DNA of 64,000 nt from positions 1,922,001 to 1,986,000 of the forward strand of contig NC_090326.1 of NCBI RefSeq assembly GCF_035084215.1, in the 5' to 3' direction. The DNA comes from Heptranchias perlo (taxonomy: Eukaryota). The notes below the pieces were generated by a model, which made no database searches, was not told where the DNA came from, and saw only the letters and a program-made list of their open reading frames with translations. A program made the position numbers and the translations under genes. Of this stretch, positions 23,275 through 36,759 are shown one piece after another (the first letter of the stretch is position 1; every line of letters begins with the position of its first letter).

Positions 23275-25141
23275 TGTTTTATTCGTTCATTTGATGTGGG
23301 CGTGGCTGTCAAGGCCAGCATTTATTGGCCATCCCTAATTGCCCTTGAGAAGGTGGTAGTGAGCCGCCTTCTTGAACCGCTGCAGTCCGTGTAGTGCAGG
23401 TTCTCCCACAGTGCTGTTAGGAAGGGATTTCCAGGATTTTGACCCAGTGACGATGAAGGAACGGCGATATATTTCCAAGTCGGGATGGTGTGTGACTTAG
23501 AGGGGAACATGCAGGTGGTGTTGTTCCCAAGTGCCTGCTGCCCTTGTCCTTCTAGGTGGTAGAGGTCGCAGGTTTGGGAGGAGCTTTTGAAGAAGCCTTG
23601 GCGAGTTGCTGCAGTGTATCCTGTGGATGGTGCACACTGCAGCCAAAGTGCGCTGTTGGTGAAGGGAGTGAATGTTTAGGGTGGTGGATGCGGTGCCAAT
23701 CAAGTGGGCTGCTTTGTCCTGGATGGCGTCGAGGTTCTTCAGTGTTGTTGGATCTGCACTCATCCAGGCAAGTGGAGAGTATTCCATCACACTCCTGACT
23801 TGTGCCTTGTAGATGGTGGTAAGGCTTTGAGGAGTTAGGAGGTGAGTGACTTGCCGCAGAAATCCCAGTCTCTGACCTGCTCTTGCAGCCATATTATTTA
23901 TATGGCTGGTCCAGTTAAGTTTCTGGTCAGTGGTGATCCCCAGGATGTTGATGGTGGGAGGTTCGGCGATGGTAATGCCGTTGAATGTCAAGGCGAGGTG
24001 GTTAGATTTTGTCTTGTTGGAGATTGTCATTGCCTGGCACTTGTTTGGCGCGAATGTTACTTCCCAATTATAAGCAGAAGCCTGGATGTTGTCCAGGTCT
24101 TGCTGCATGTGGGCATCGACTTCTTCTTTGCTTGAGGGGTTGAGAATGGAACTGAACACTGTGCAATCGTCAGCGAGCATCCCCATTTCTGACCTTATGA
24201 TGGAGGGAAGGACCTTGATGAAGCAGCTAAAGATGGTTGGGCCGAGGACATTGCCCTGAGGAACTCATGAAGCAATGTCCTGGGGCTGAGATAATTCACC
24301 TCCAACAACCACTACCATCTTCCTTTTTGCTAGGTATGACTCCAGCCACTGGAGAGTTTTCCCCCTGATTCCCATTGACTTAAATTTTACTAGGTCTCCT
24401 TGGTGCCACACTCGGTCAAATGCTGCCTGGATGTCAAGGGCAGTCACTCTCACCTCACCTCTGGAATTCAGCTCTTTTGTCCATGTTTGAATCAAGCCTG
24501 TAATGAGGTCTGGAGCCGAGTGGTCCTGGTGGAACCCAAACTGAGCATCGGTGAGCAGGTTATTGGTGAGTAAGTGCCACTTGATAGCACTGTCGACCAC
24601 ACCTTCCATCACTTTGCTGATGATTGAGAGTAGACTGATGGGGCGGTAATTGGCCGGATTGGATTTGTCCTGCTTTTTGTGGACAGTACAGGGCAATTTT
24701 CCACATTGTCGGGTAGATGCCAGTGTTGTAGCTGTACTGGAACAGTTTGGCTAGAAGTGCGGCTAGTTCTAAAACACAAGTCTTCAGCACTACAGCCGGG
24801 ATGTTTTTGGGGCCCATAGCCTTTGTTGTATCCAGTGCACTCAGCCATTTCTTGATATCACATGGTGTGAATCGAATTGGCTGAAGACTGGTTTCTGTGA
24901 TGGTGGGGATATCGAAAGGAGGCCGAGGTAGCTCATCTACTCGGCACTTCTGGTTGAAGATAGTTGCAAATGCTTCAGCCTTGTCTTTTGCACTCATGTG
25001 CTGGATACTGCCATCATTGAGGATGGGGATGTTCACAGAGCCTCCTCATCCTGTTAGTTGTTTAATTGTCCACCACCATTCACGATATGATGTGGCAGGA
25101 CTGCAAAGCTTTGATCTGATCCGTTGCTTGTGCAATCGCTT
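23275..25141 (-). mobile_element. L2/CR1-group LINE (second family), 5'-truncated
   Basis: NYRPISLLSIISKVME, ALDIQAAFDRVWH, LADDCTVF, IYKAQVRSVMEYSPLAW; 3' end GAACGAATAAAA. Confidence 0.88.
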
Positions 25142-25619
25142 GTGATGTTTACTCCACTCAAGGTACAAGGAACAGTGCAACTAGCACCTTCTCACACACA
25201 GTAGGTGCATTATCACTCACGGAACACAGCTACACACAGGTCAAGGGTTCCACAGTCTCAGACAGCAGAAATATTCAATCCCACACTGATCCCAATTAAC
25301 AGTCAAACAGAGCAGGAGATACAGATCTAATTTCCATTTCACAATGACTTAGTACTGTTGACCGGCAGATAAATAAATCCCAGCCCAAAATTACACCCAG
25401 TATCAGATTGAAAGGCACTGTGTCAAACTCACATTAAATAAGTCTTAGCTACAAAGTAAATACCAGATAAAACTGACACATGGTACCGATTGAAAGATAC
25501 AGAATGGATCACAGTAATGTACGCCGAGCTTCAAATTAAATATCAGCCAACAAATCACACACATTATGAGTTTAAAAATGCAGTATTCATGCCAATAGTG
25601 TAACCTGAGATACAAATTC

Positions 25620-26830
25620 GATACCAGTTCAGATGTTACCCATATTTGACTCACATATATGTCCAAAAACCTCATAATGTCAGAACAAAATGTATAGTTT
25701 CAATTCCTTTACTGCAGATTGAGGTACACATTACATACCAGTACAAAAATCTCACACAGTATCAGACTGAAAGATACAGTATCAATCCCATTATACACAT
25801 TATATACAGTCCAAAATGTGTGTATATTATCATACTGAAACATACAATATGAATTATATTAGTACAGACTGAACTACACATTACATACAATTCAAAAAAT
25901 AACTTCAAGCTCATGCTGAAAGGTACAGCATCAATTCCATTATTGCAGACTGAACTACACATTGCACACTAGACAAAAAAATCACAGTGTCAGATTGAAA
26001 GATACAGTATCAATTCCATTAGTGCAGAGTGAGTTATTCCTTACACAGCAGTCCAAATATACCACACAGTATCACACTGAAAGATATAATATCCATCCCA
26101 TTAGTGCAGACTGAGCTACACATTATATATCAGTCCGAAAATCACAATCGGTGTCAGGCTGAAAAATACGGTATCAATTCCATTAGCGCTGACTGAGCTA
26201 CACATTACATACAGTCCATAAATCTCATAAAGTATCAGACTGAAAGATACAGTATCAAATCCATTAGTGCAGACTGAGCTACACATTACACACCAGTCCA
26301 AAAATCACAGTGTCAGATTGAAAGATACATTATCAATTCCATTAGCGCTGACTGAGCTACACCTTACACACAAGTCCAAAGATATCACACAGCACCAGAC
26401 TGAAAGATAAATTATCTATCCCATTAATACAGCCTGAACTACACAATACATACCAGTCCAAGAATCTCACAGTGTCAGGTTGGAAGATAGAGTATCAAAT
26501 TGATTGGTACAAACTGAGCTGCAAAAATCTCATACAGTGTCAGACTAAAAGATAAAGTAACAATTCCATTAGTGCAGACTGAGCTACACATTACATACAG
26601 TCCAAAATTCTCATATAGTATCAGAATGAAAGATACAGTATCAATCTCATTATTGCTGATTGAGTTACATTATCAATTTGATTTGTCCAGACCGAGGTAC
26701 ACATTACATACCAGTTCAATGACCTCATACATTAACAAACTGAAAGATAAAGTATCAATTCCATTAGCGCAGGCTGAGCTACAAAGTACCACTCTAATAA
26801 TTTCACAGTAACAGATTGAAATGTACATTA
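25620..26830 (+). repeat. ~82-bp minisatellite array
   Basis: Same unit as 190-590; periods 78-82 bp. Confidence 0.9.
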
Positions 26831-27039
26831 CCATTCACAATAGTTTTCACAGAGATTAAGATGTGATCCTATTCCAAAATTCACAAACGTTGTTTGATTA
26901 AAACAAAATCCAAAAGTGTATCCATATTTACAAATTAATGCTCGACGAAAGACTCTTCATACATTAACGTACTAAAAATACAGTTTCAAGCATCATATTG
27001 TAACCTGAAATAAGAATACAGAACGACTCCAGATTTGTA

Positions 27040-27660
27040 CTTTGTCCCAGAGATTGAGTTATGGAATGAATCCCACAATGGGATAAAGTACCACAGACTG
27101 ACAGTCACAGAATGAATCTCACACTCACAGGTAGCACGAGAGATTGACAGATTCAATATGAATCCCACACTCATACACAGTACCAGAGATTGACAGATAC
27201 AGAATAAATTGAACACTCATACACAGTACCAGAGATTGACAGACACAGAATGAATGTCACACTCATACACAGTACCAGAGACTGATAGAAACAGAACTAA
27301 CCGCACACTCATACTGTACCAGAGACTGACAGGCACAGAATGAATCCCACACTCTCACACAGTTAAGGAGACTGAGAGATACAGAATGAATCCCACACTC
27401 ACACTGTACCAGAGACTGACAGATACAGAACGAATCTCACACTCGCATACAGCACCAGAGACTGACAGATACAGAAGTAATCTCACACTCACATACAATA
27501 ACAGAGACTGACAGATACAGAATGAATCTCAAAATCACATCCAGTACCAGAGACTGACAGATACAGAACTAATCGCACAATCACATACAATAGCAGAGAC
27601 TAACAGATACAGAATGAATCTCACCCTCACGTACTGTACCAGAGTCTGACATCTACTGGC
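27040..27660 (+). repeat. ~46-bp minisatellite array
   Basis: Same unit as 595-1205. Confidence 0.9.
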
Positions 27661-28998
27661 CGTAAAGGAGAACTGTAACAGAGCGGAACAAATTCACATC
27701 ATCTGTCGTTGTCACAGAAACAGGAAAATGTACAATGTGAGGAAATAGTTTCTCTCGGCAACTTCTACTCTCGTATTTTGCATTTTTTGACAGTGAAAAA
27801 TTAAGACAATTGATTCATAATAAAGTTCTTGTTTCGATCATTCAAAAGTTGTGAATTTGCCCCGTTATTTTCACTCTAAATTGCGCAGTATTTCTGTCTG
27901 AGACTCGGGACACGATTTACATTACTTAAAATAAACCGAACTAAAACACAAATAAAAACCGAGCGCAAAGTTGAAAGGTTCAATGGTGACCGTCAAAAGT
28001 GAAAAGAATAAAATACAGAAAAAAATAAAACCAAAAAATGCTGGAAAGACTCAGCAGGTCCGGTAGAATCTATGGTGAAGGGAAGCTCTGGTTAACGGAT
28101 CGCGTCTATGACCACTCTATAGACCTGACAGGTTCATCCTGCATTATTTAAATAAGAAACCTGAATTAGCAGAGGGAAAAAACTTCACAGAACCCGGGCA
28201 ATTTTGTCCCGTATCCACTGTACAGATCAGGGAAAATAATAATACAAAACAAGAGTTAAATTCGCCGTAATGGGGGAAAGAAATGAACTTTGAACGTAAT
28301 TTTATATGAATTAAAACCGTTTGTGTTTTAGAAACACAATCCCTCTGAACAGCATCAAATTCAGTTCCAGTCTTGGTGTTTCTGAAGTAAGCGTGCCGGG
28401 ATTCAAACCTGCTGGAATTAACTGCTAGGAAGGCAGCTATGCTCAGCGCTATATCACCTCAGTTCACTAACAGGGAGAAATAGAGTATTTCTGTGGAGTT
28501 TGGGACTGAATTGCTCCCTTTTTGTTTTCTGGCACTTTAATCACAGACAATAAATAGTTGCCAAACATCAGCCCTTGAACAGACACAAGCTGGTGGAATT
28601 TCTCATTCATAGATAATAAAAGAAAGGATGACAAAGGAGAATACGAAGAGGTTAGGAAGATGTCATAAAAACAATTAGGGAAGCAAAGAGAAAGTACGAA
28701 ATTAAATAATGAAGGAATATAAAAAGAAGCAGTAAATTATTCTACAGACACACAACAACAAAAGGAAAATCAGAAGAGCTTGAGAGCCATTAAAGGATGC
28801 ACAAGGTAAACTCAAAGGTAATGCCAACGAAATGGGAAGACATATTGAATTATTTCTTTACCTCAGTATTTACCAGGGAGATTAACAGGGTGAACATGAT
28901 ATGAGAACAAGAGGTCAAAAAAGATATCCAGACATTCAACATAGAATGTGTGGTAAGGTTCCTGATCCAAATGGAATCCATCTGCGAATATTAAAAGA

Positions 28999-29208
28999 TG
29001 TGGAGATGCCGGTGATGGACTGGGGTTGACAATTGTAAACAATTATACAACACCAAGTTATAGTCCAACAATTTTATTTGAAAATCACAAGCTTTCAGAG
29101 GCTTCCTCCTTCCTCACATTCACCTGAGGAAGGAGGAAGCCTCCGAAAGCTTGTGATTTTCAAATAAAATTGTTGGACTATAACTTGGTGTTGTATAATT
29201 GTTTACTG
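28999..29208. mobile_element. Palindromic mini-PLE (inverted pLTR pair) with 11-bp TSD and hammerhead motif
   Basis: TSD ATATTAAAAGA at 28988-98 and 29209-19; empty site at ~2467; TTCACCTGAGGA..GAAAGCTTGTGA at ~29119-29156. Confidence 0.9.
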
Positions 29209-29649
29209 ATATTAAAAGAGGCAAGGGAAGAGATAGCAGGGGCTACCTACAGAAAAACATCATTAGAAATATGTGACTAGTTCCAGAGGATTGGACGACA
29301 AGTCCATGGAACTGTAGACCAGTTAACTTAACGTCAGTGGTAGCAATGATAATGGAATCTTTTACTCAATGTTGCAATAAAAACATCTAGAATCCGAAAA
29401 TATAATAAAGAATAGTCAGCACGGATTTCAGAGAGGGAAGGTTTAAAAGTTTGGCGGAAGGATTGTCAGTTTAAATTACAGTTTATAATAACTTATCTGC
29501 TTTTCAATTCTTATCCTCTAGAAATGAACCCCGGTGCTGTGCTTGGTTTTTTATGTCCTTGTTTAACCTGCGTTGCTACTGTTAATAATTTGTCAATCTG
29601 TAAACCTAGATCCCTCTGCTCTTCCATCCTATTTAGACTCCTATTTTCC

Positions 29650-29780
29650 ATTGTAAACAATTTTACAACACCAAGTTATAGTCCAGCAATTTTATTTCAA
29701 ATTCACAAGCTTTCGGAGGCTTCCTCCTTCCTCAGGTGAACGATGTGAAAATGAAATCCTCGAAATGAAGTTCGAGGATT
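29650..29780 (-). mobile_element. Solo PLE pLTR fragment with hammerhead motif
   Basis: Matches 10862-10980; absent from the paralogous site at ~2965. Confidence 0.85.
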
Positions 29781-30341
29781 CCCAAGCAGTATGTGGCCTC
29801 CTTATTTCCCAAAGCAAAGTGCACCACCTCACACCTTTCTATATTGACATTTACACGGCCGTTCTGCAAACTTATTAACGTCGACTTGTATTTCGTCGCA
29901 GTCTTCCTCAGTATAGAAAATACCCCCGAAATTAATTACAAGAATTTAACACAGCATTGCAATGAATGTACTTACAGCAATATAAGGTGAATAATTAATT
30001 GATGTTCTGTCCCTCTCTCATCTGCAAACTTCACTGTCCCGGGGTTTGGGGACAACTACTGGCCGGAAGCAGAACTGCAACAGTGCGGAACAAATTGCTG
30101 AAACCGGACAATGCGCGGTGTGAGCGTGTTTGTGATTGGTGGAAGGTACTAAATCTGATTGGATATTTGAAGAAATCAAGCAGAGTGTGAAAAGAAGAAG
30201 TGTTGTGACATCACTCCCACCTGTCCAATCATAATCATTGTCTTCACCCATCCCTCATTAGCATAGGGCTGTGGGGCTGCCTATTTAATCTGGGCTCGGA
30301 GCGGATTTGGGTCATTTCTGGGTCTGAAATTGAGTTTGAAA

Positions 30342-30716
30342 ATGCCTGAGGACAAGAAAGCAGCTCCCAAGAAGGGCGCCAAGAAAACCTTGAGTAAAGC
30401 AGCAGCCAAGGGCGGCAAGAAGCGGAGAAGGTCGAGGAAGGAGAGTTACTCCATCTACATCTACAAAGTGATGAAGCAGGTTCACCCCGACACCGGCATC
30501 TCCTCCAAGGCGATGAGCATCATGAACTCCTTTGTGAACGATATTTTCGAGCGCATCGCGGGTGAGGCTTCCCGCCTGGCCCATTATAATAAGCGCCACA
30601 CCATCAGCTCACGGGAGATCCAGACCGCTGTGCGCCTGCTGCTGCCCGGAGAACTGGCCAAGCACGCCGTGTCGGAAGGGACAAAGGCGGTGACCAAGTA
30701 CACCAGCTCCAAGTAA
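30342..30716 (+). CDS. H2B: Histone H2B (124 aa)
   Basis: Intact ORF; stem-loop GGCTCTTTTAAGAGCC at 30752-30767. Confidence 0.96.
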   Translation: MPEDKKAAPKKGAKKTLSKAAAKGGKKRRRSRKESYSIYIYKVMKQVHPDTGISSKAMSIMNSFVNDIFERIAGEASRLAHYNKRHTISSREIQTAVRLLLPGELAKHAVSEGTKAVTKYTSSK

Positions 30717-32079
30717 ACGTTTACAGTGAACTGGAAAAACCTAAACACAAGGGCTCTTTTAAGAGCCTACAACAGTCTCTCTGAAGATGCTGCGGCAACA
30801 CCTCTGTGTGGAATCAGTTCACTGTAGACATTTTGATAATAACTAATTGTCTTTCTGTAACTCTAGACCTTTTGTAATTTCTCTTGCAATCTGGAAAATT
30901 CTCATAAACAAATATAATATGTGTCGCTGTTCAATTTAGTCCCTTCCCCCGCATCTGCCCATTCAGAGCCGTTTTAAGAGCGGTGGATTCGACTTCAGTC
31001 ATTTCTTTCTCCTTTTCAGGTTTGATTGTTACTATTTCATGAACCGCAACCCTTTGTAACGTAGCAACTCTGAATGTGACTTCACACCGAGAACAGAATA
31101 ATCTAAAGGCTCTGTCACTGTTTGACTTCTAACACTAGCAATCTTGACTCAAGCTTAAATCCCGCAGTAACTCATGTGAACAGGGATCAGTCCACATTCT
31201 GTGGCTTGTTAATTTTACAAAATTGTTTTGTAATCTGTCCTATTACAAAAAAAGGGCTTTATTCCCGCTCGTTTGAAAGCGAACGGAGAATGAAGCCGAA
31301 TATTAACCGGATTGTAAAAGAATACCTATGTTGTGACGGGTTACTTGGAATAACGGAGTAAAAGGGCTGGTCATTGTCTGAAGAGATTCAGAAATTAATA
31401 AAGATTTGATCCCGATTCTAGAACTAACAATATCTTGTGACATACAAATGATCCATATCGATATGTTACAGACGGTAGATGTAGCCAACCTCCAATAGGT
31501 TGAAATTTGCTGTTTGCATAGGAAATGAGAAAAGGTGTCATAATTGTCATTAAACTGAATGGGTGGGTAAACCAGGGGGTTTGATCATCGGCATGAAGGG
31601 TTCCACTCATTTTTATTTACAGTCTCATCCTCCGACAATAATTGCATGGTCGATATTATTTTACCCAGATTTGTATAACTGAAGCTGACTGCTGTGTGGA
31701 TAATTGTGTCCGCAATTGCTGAATCAGTGTATGTGAAATTTATCCGTATTATTCGATGTGATTGAGGGATTTATTCTGTCCCTGTCAGCCTGTTCCTGCG
31801 TCAGTTACGAGTACCGCAGTGAATGTGACACTAATGTTTTACACTGCTTCTGATTCCAGCGCTGAGTGATAGATCGAAAGGCAAAGTGTGTCTTGCTCTA
31901 TTAGCGCGAGTTACATTGAAACAACCTTTCACGAAAGCTTCCAAGGGACAATGGACTGAAACTTCATTTGATCCGAGTCTGGTTGTTTACATCCAGCGTG
32001 GGTTTTAGATCCGGTCCGATTGCTCCTGTCCTTCAGTACTGGACTCGAAAGTCCGGTAAAGTATTGGAGTGAGACTCGA

Positions 32080-33700
32080 ACGAGCCTCCTCCCGATACCC
32101 CCACCATCACAGAAGCCAGTCTTCAGCCAATTCGATTCACTCCACGTGATATCAAGAAACGGCTGAGTGCACTGGATACAGCAAAGGCTATGGGCCCTGA
32201 CAACATCCCAGCTGTAGTGCTGAAGACTTGTGCTCCAGAACTCGCTGCGCCTCTAGCCAAGCAGTTCCAGTACAGCTACAACACTGGCATCTACCCGACA
32301 ATGTGGAAAATTGCCCAGGTATGTCCTGTCCAGAAAAAGCAGGACAAATCCAATCCAGACAATTACCGACCCATCAGTCTGCTCTCAATCATCAGCAAAG
32401 TGATGGAAGGTGTCGTCGACAGTGCTATCAAGCGGCACTTACTCTCCAATAATCTGCTCACCGATGCTCAGTTTGGGTTCCGCCAGGACCACTCGGCTCC
32501 AGACCTCATTACAGCCTTGGTCTAAACATGGATAATAGAGCTGAATTCCAGAGGTGAGGGGAGAGTGACTGCCCTTGACATCAAGGCAGCATTTGACCAA
32601 GTGTGGCACCAAGGAGCCCGAGTCAAATTGAAGTCAATGGGAATCAGGGGGAAACATCGACAGTGGCTGGAGTCTTACCTAGCGCAAAGGAAGATGGTAG
32701 TGGTTGTTGGAGGCCAATCATCTCAGCCCCAGGATATTGCTGCAGGAGTTCCACAGGGCAGTGTCCTAGGCCCAACCATCTTCAGCTGCTTCATCAATGA
32801 CCTTCCCTCTATCATAAGGTCAGAATTGAGGATGTTTGCTGATGATTGCACAGTGTTCAGTTCCATTCACCACCCCTCAAATAATGAAGCAGTCCGAGCC
32901 CGCAAGCAGCAAGACCTGGACAACATCCAGGCTTGGGCTCATAAGTGGCAAGTAATATTCGCACCAGATAAGTGCCAGGCAATGACCATCTCCAACAAGA
33001 GAGAGTCTAACCACCTCCCCATGACATTCAACGGCATTACCATCGCCGAATCCCCCACCATCAACATCCTGGGGGTCACCATTGAACAGAAACTTAACTG
33101 GACCAGCCATATAAATACTGTGGCTACTAGAGCAGGTCAGAGGCTGGGTATTCTGCGGCGTGTGACTCACCTCCTGACTCCCCAAAGCCTTTCCACCATC
33201 TACAAGGCACAAGTCAGGAGTGTGATCCAACAACACTCAAGAAGCTCGACACCATCCAAGATAAAGCAGCCCGCTTGATTGGGACCCCATCCACCAGCCT
33301 AAACATTCACTCCCTTCACCACCAGCGCACTGTGGCTGCAGTGTGTACCATCCACAGAATGCACTGCAGCAACTCGCCAAGGCTTCTTCGACAGCACCTC
33401 CCAAACCCGCGACCTCTACCACCTAGAAGGACAAGAGCAGCAGGCACATGGGAACAACACCATCTGCATGATCCCCTCCAAGTCACACACCATCCCGACT
33501 TGGAAATATATCGCCGTTCCTTCATCGTCGCTGGGTCAAAATCCTGGAACTCCCTTCCTAACAGCACTGTGGGAGAACCTTCACCACACGGAATGCAGCG
33601 GTTCAAGAAGGCGGCTCATCACCACCTTCTCGAGGGCAATTAGGGATGGGCAACAAATGCCAGCCAGCGACGCTCACATCCCGTGAACGAATAAAACAAA
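32080..33700 (+). mobile_element. L2/CR1-group LINE, same family as 23275-25141
   Basis: GPDNIPAVVLK, GVPQGSVLGP, MFADDCTVF; stop at 32523; 3' end GAACGAATAAAA. Confidence 0.9.
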
Positions 33701-33776
33701 GTATTTTGGTTCCTTCAAGTCACATACCATCCCGACTTGGACATTTATCGCAGAATACCCAGCCTCTCACCTGCTC

Positions 33777-34690
33777 ATAGAGTCATAGAGTCATAGAGTT
33801 ATACAGCACGGATAGAGGCCCTTCGGCCCATCGTGTCCGCGCCGGCCATCAAGCCCTGTCTCATCTAATCCCATATTCCAGCATTTGGTCCATAGCCTTG
33901 TATGCTATGGCATTTCAAGTGCTCATCCAAATGCTTCTTGAATGTTGTGAGGGTTCCTGCCTCCACAACCCTTTCAGGCAGTGAGTTCCAGACTCCAACC
34001 ACCCTCTGGGTGAAAAAGTTCTTTCTCAAATCCCCTCTAAACCTCCCGCCTTTTACCTTGAATCTATGCCCCCTTGTTATAGAACCCTCAACGAAGGGAA
34101 AAAGCTCCTTAGTATCCATCCTATCTGTGCCACTCATAATTTTGTACACCTCAATCATGTCCCCCCTCAGCCTCCTCTGCTCCAAGGAAAACAAACCCAA
34201 TTTTCCCAGTCTCTCATCATAGCTGAAGCGCTCCAGCCCTGGTAACATCCTGGTGAATCTCCTCTGCACCCTCTCCAAAGCGATCACATCCTTCCTGTAG
34301 TGTGGCGACCAGAACTGCACACAGTACTCCAGCTGTGGCCTAACCAGTGTTTTATACAGCTCCATCATAACCTCCTTGCTCTTATATTCTATGCCTCGGC
34401 TAATAAAGGCAAGTATCCCATATGACTTCTTTACCACCTTATCTACCTGTTCCGCCGCCTTCAGGGATCTGTGAACTTGCACACCAAGATCCCTCTGACC
34501 CTCTGTCTTGCCTAGGGTCCTCCCATTCATTGTGTATTCCCTTGCCTTGTTCGTCCCTCCAAAGTGCATCACCTCGCACTTTTCCGGGTTAAATTCCATT
34601 TGCCACTGTTCCGCCCATCTGACCAACCCATCTATATCGTCCTGCAGACTGAGGCTATCCTCCTCGCTATTTACCACCCTACCAATTTTT
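33777..34690 (-). mobile_element. Young 5'-truncated CR1 nested in a rearranged fragment of the L2/CR1-group LINE (33720-34825)
   Basis: Uninterrupted RT C-terminus TKIGRVV..GYGPNAGIWD; (CTCTATGA)n tail. Confidence 0.9.
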
Positions 34691-35052
34691 GTAGCAACAG
34701 TATTTATGTGGCTGGTCCAGATATGTTTCTGGTCAATGGTGACCCCCAGGATGTTGATGCTGGGGTATTTGGCGAAGGTAATGCCGTTGCATGTCAAGTG
34801 TAGGTGTTTAGACTCTCTCTTGTATTTAGATTGACACTGCGGGTGTAGCTACCTCATGTGAAAGAATACTATCGGAATCAGAACTTTCTGTACCTGCTTG
34901 CCAGTACTTTATCCGATTGAGGCACTGGAGGTGATGGGAGTCAGTCTGGTGGAATTCTCCTCCCTCCAGTCCTGCGTGTGTGTGGAAATGAAACTGTCTC
35001 CATTTCAAATTCCTCGTGTTGGTCGGTTTGGAATTGGCACTCCTGTCTGTTA

Positions 35053-35817
<765 letters not shown>

Positions 35818-36539
35818 TCATTTTCTGCACAGTTTAAAATGGTCATTACCACATATATTTAACATTTTGATATATATTTTCCTCCGCACCCGTTCCCGAG
35901 TTATCTCACACACAACAGGTACTTTTTCACACACACAGAGCAGAGACATAGACTTGTCATCATGTGGGAGGCAGCAGGAGTAGTCAGTCCCGCGGTGATC
36001 TGAGATCCGCAATGGATTTTCAATCCCACCGTCACATGGAACAGTGGAGACAGAGGCTGTTTCCATCCATCAATCAAACCGGTACCGGTAACAAGTCGAT
36101 ACAATTCTCACTGCCATTCAAAACTTTGTAAACGCTAGGGGATACAACATTATGCAATCTGCCCCATAATTTCACCCTTTAATCACCGGCGTTATTCTGG
36201 TGAATCTGCTCATTTATTTTGGTAACAAACTTCAGTCTGCTGGTGGAACTGCTCACTGTCAGCACTGAATTACCAATTAGAGATGGATGAACGGCCCATT
36301 GCTCCAGAAACCCCATCAAACTATCAAATTCATCGCTTGGCCTGAGACCACTAACTGTTAATAGAATGAAATTGGTGTTTGATGCTTTAGACACCTCCCA
36401 TTCCCCGCATTCTGGGCTTTTTGTACTAACAAGAGCGGGGAAAGGGACCCACGCGAATCTCCCGCTGTTTCATTCAATTCCTTTCCCTTTCCTCTCCAGC
36501 CAGTTCATATTTTCCCTCCTCGTCCGATTGTGACATTAG

Positions 36540-36757
36540 CAAGACAGGCTTTGGCTGATAAATGGCAAGTAACATTCGCTCCAGACAAGTGCCAGGCCAT
36601 GACCATCTCCAACAAGAGAGAGTCTAACCACCTCCCCTTGACATTCAATGGCATTACCATCGCCGAATCCCCCACCATCAACATCCTGGGGGGTCACCAT
36701 TGACCAGAAACTTAACTGGACCAGCCGCATAAATACTGTGGCTACTAGAGCAGGTCG
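36540..36757 (+). mobile_element. Fragment of the L2/CR1-group LINE
   Basis: Matches 32930-33138. Confidence 0.85.
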
Positions 36758-36759
36758 GA

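Noticed and set aside
25620-27660. Regular repeats resembling a CRISPR array
   Set aside because: Whole units repeat with no unique spacers, no cas genes, eukaryotic context
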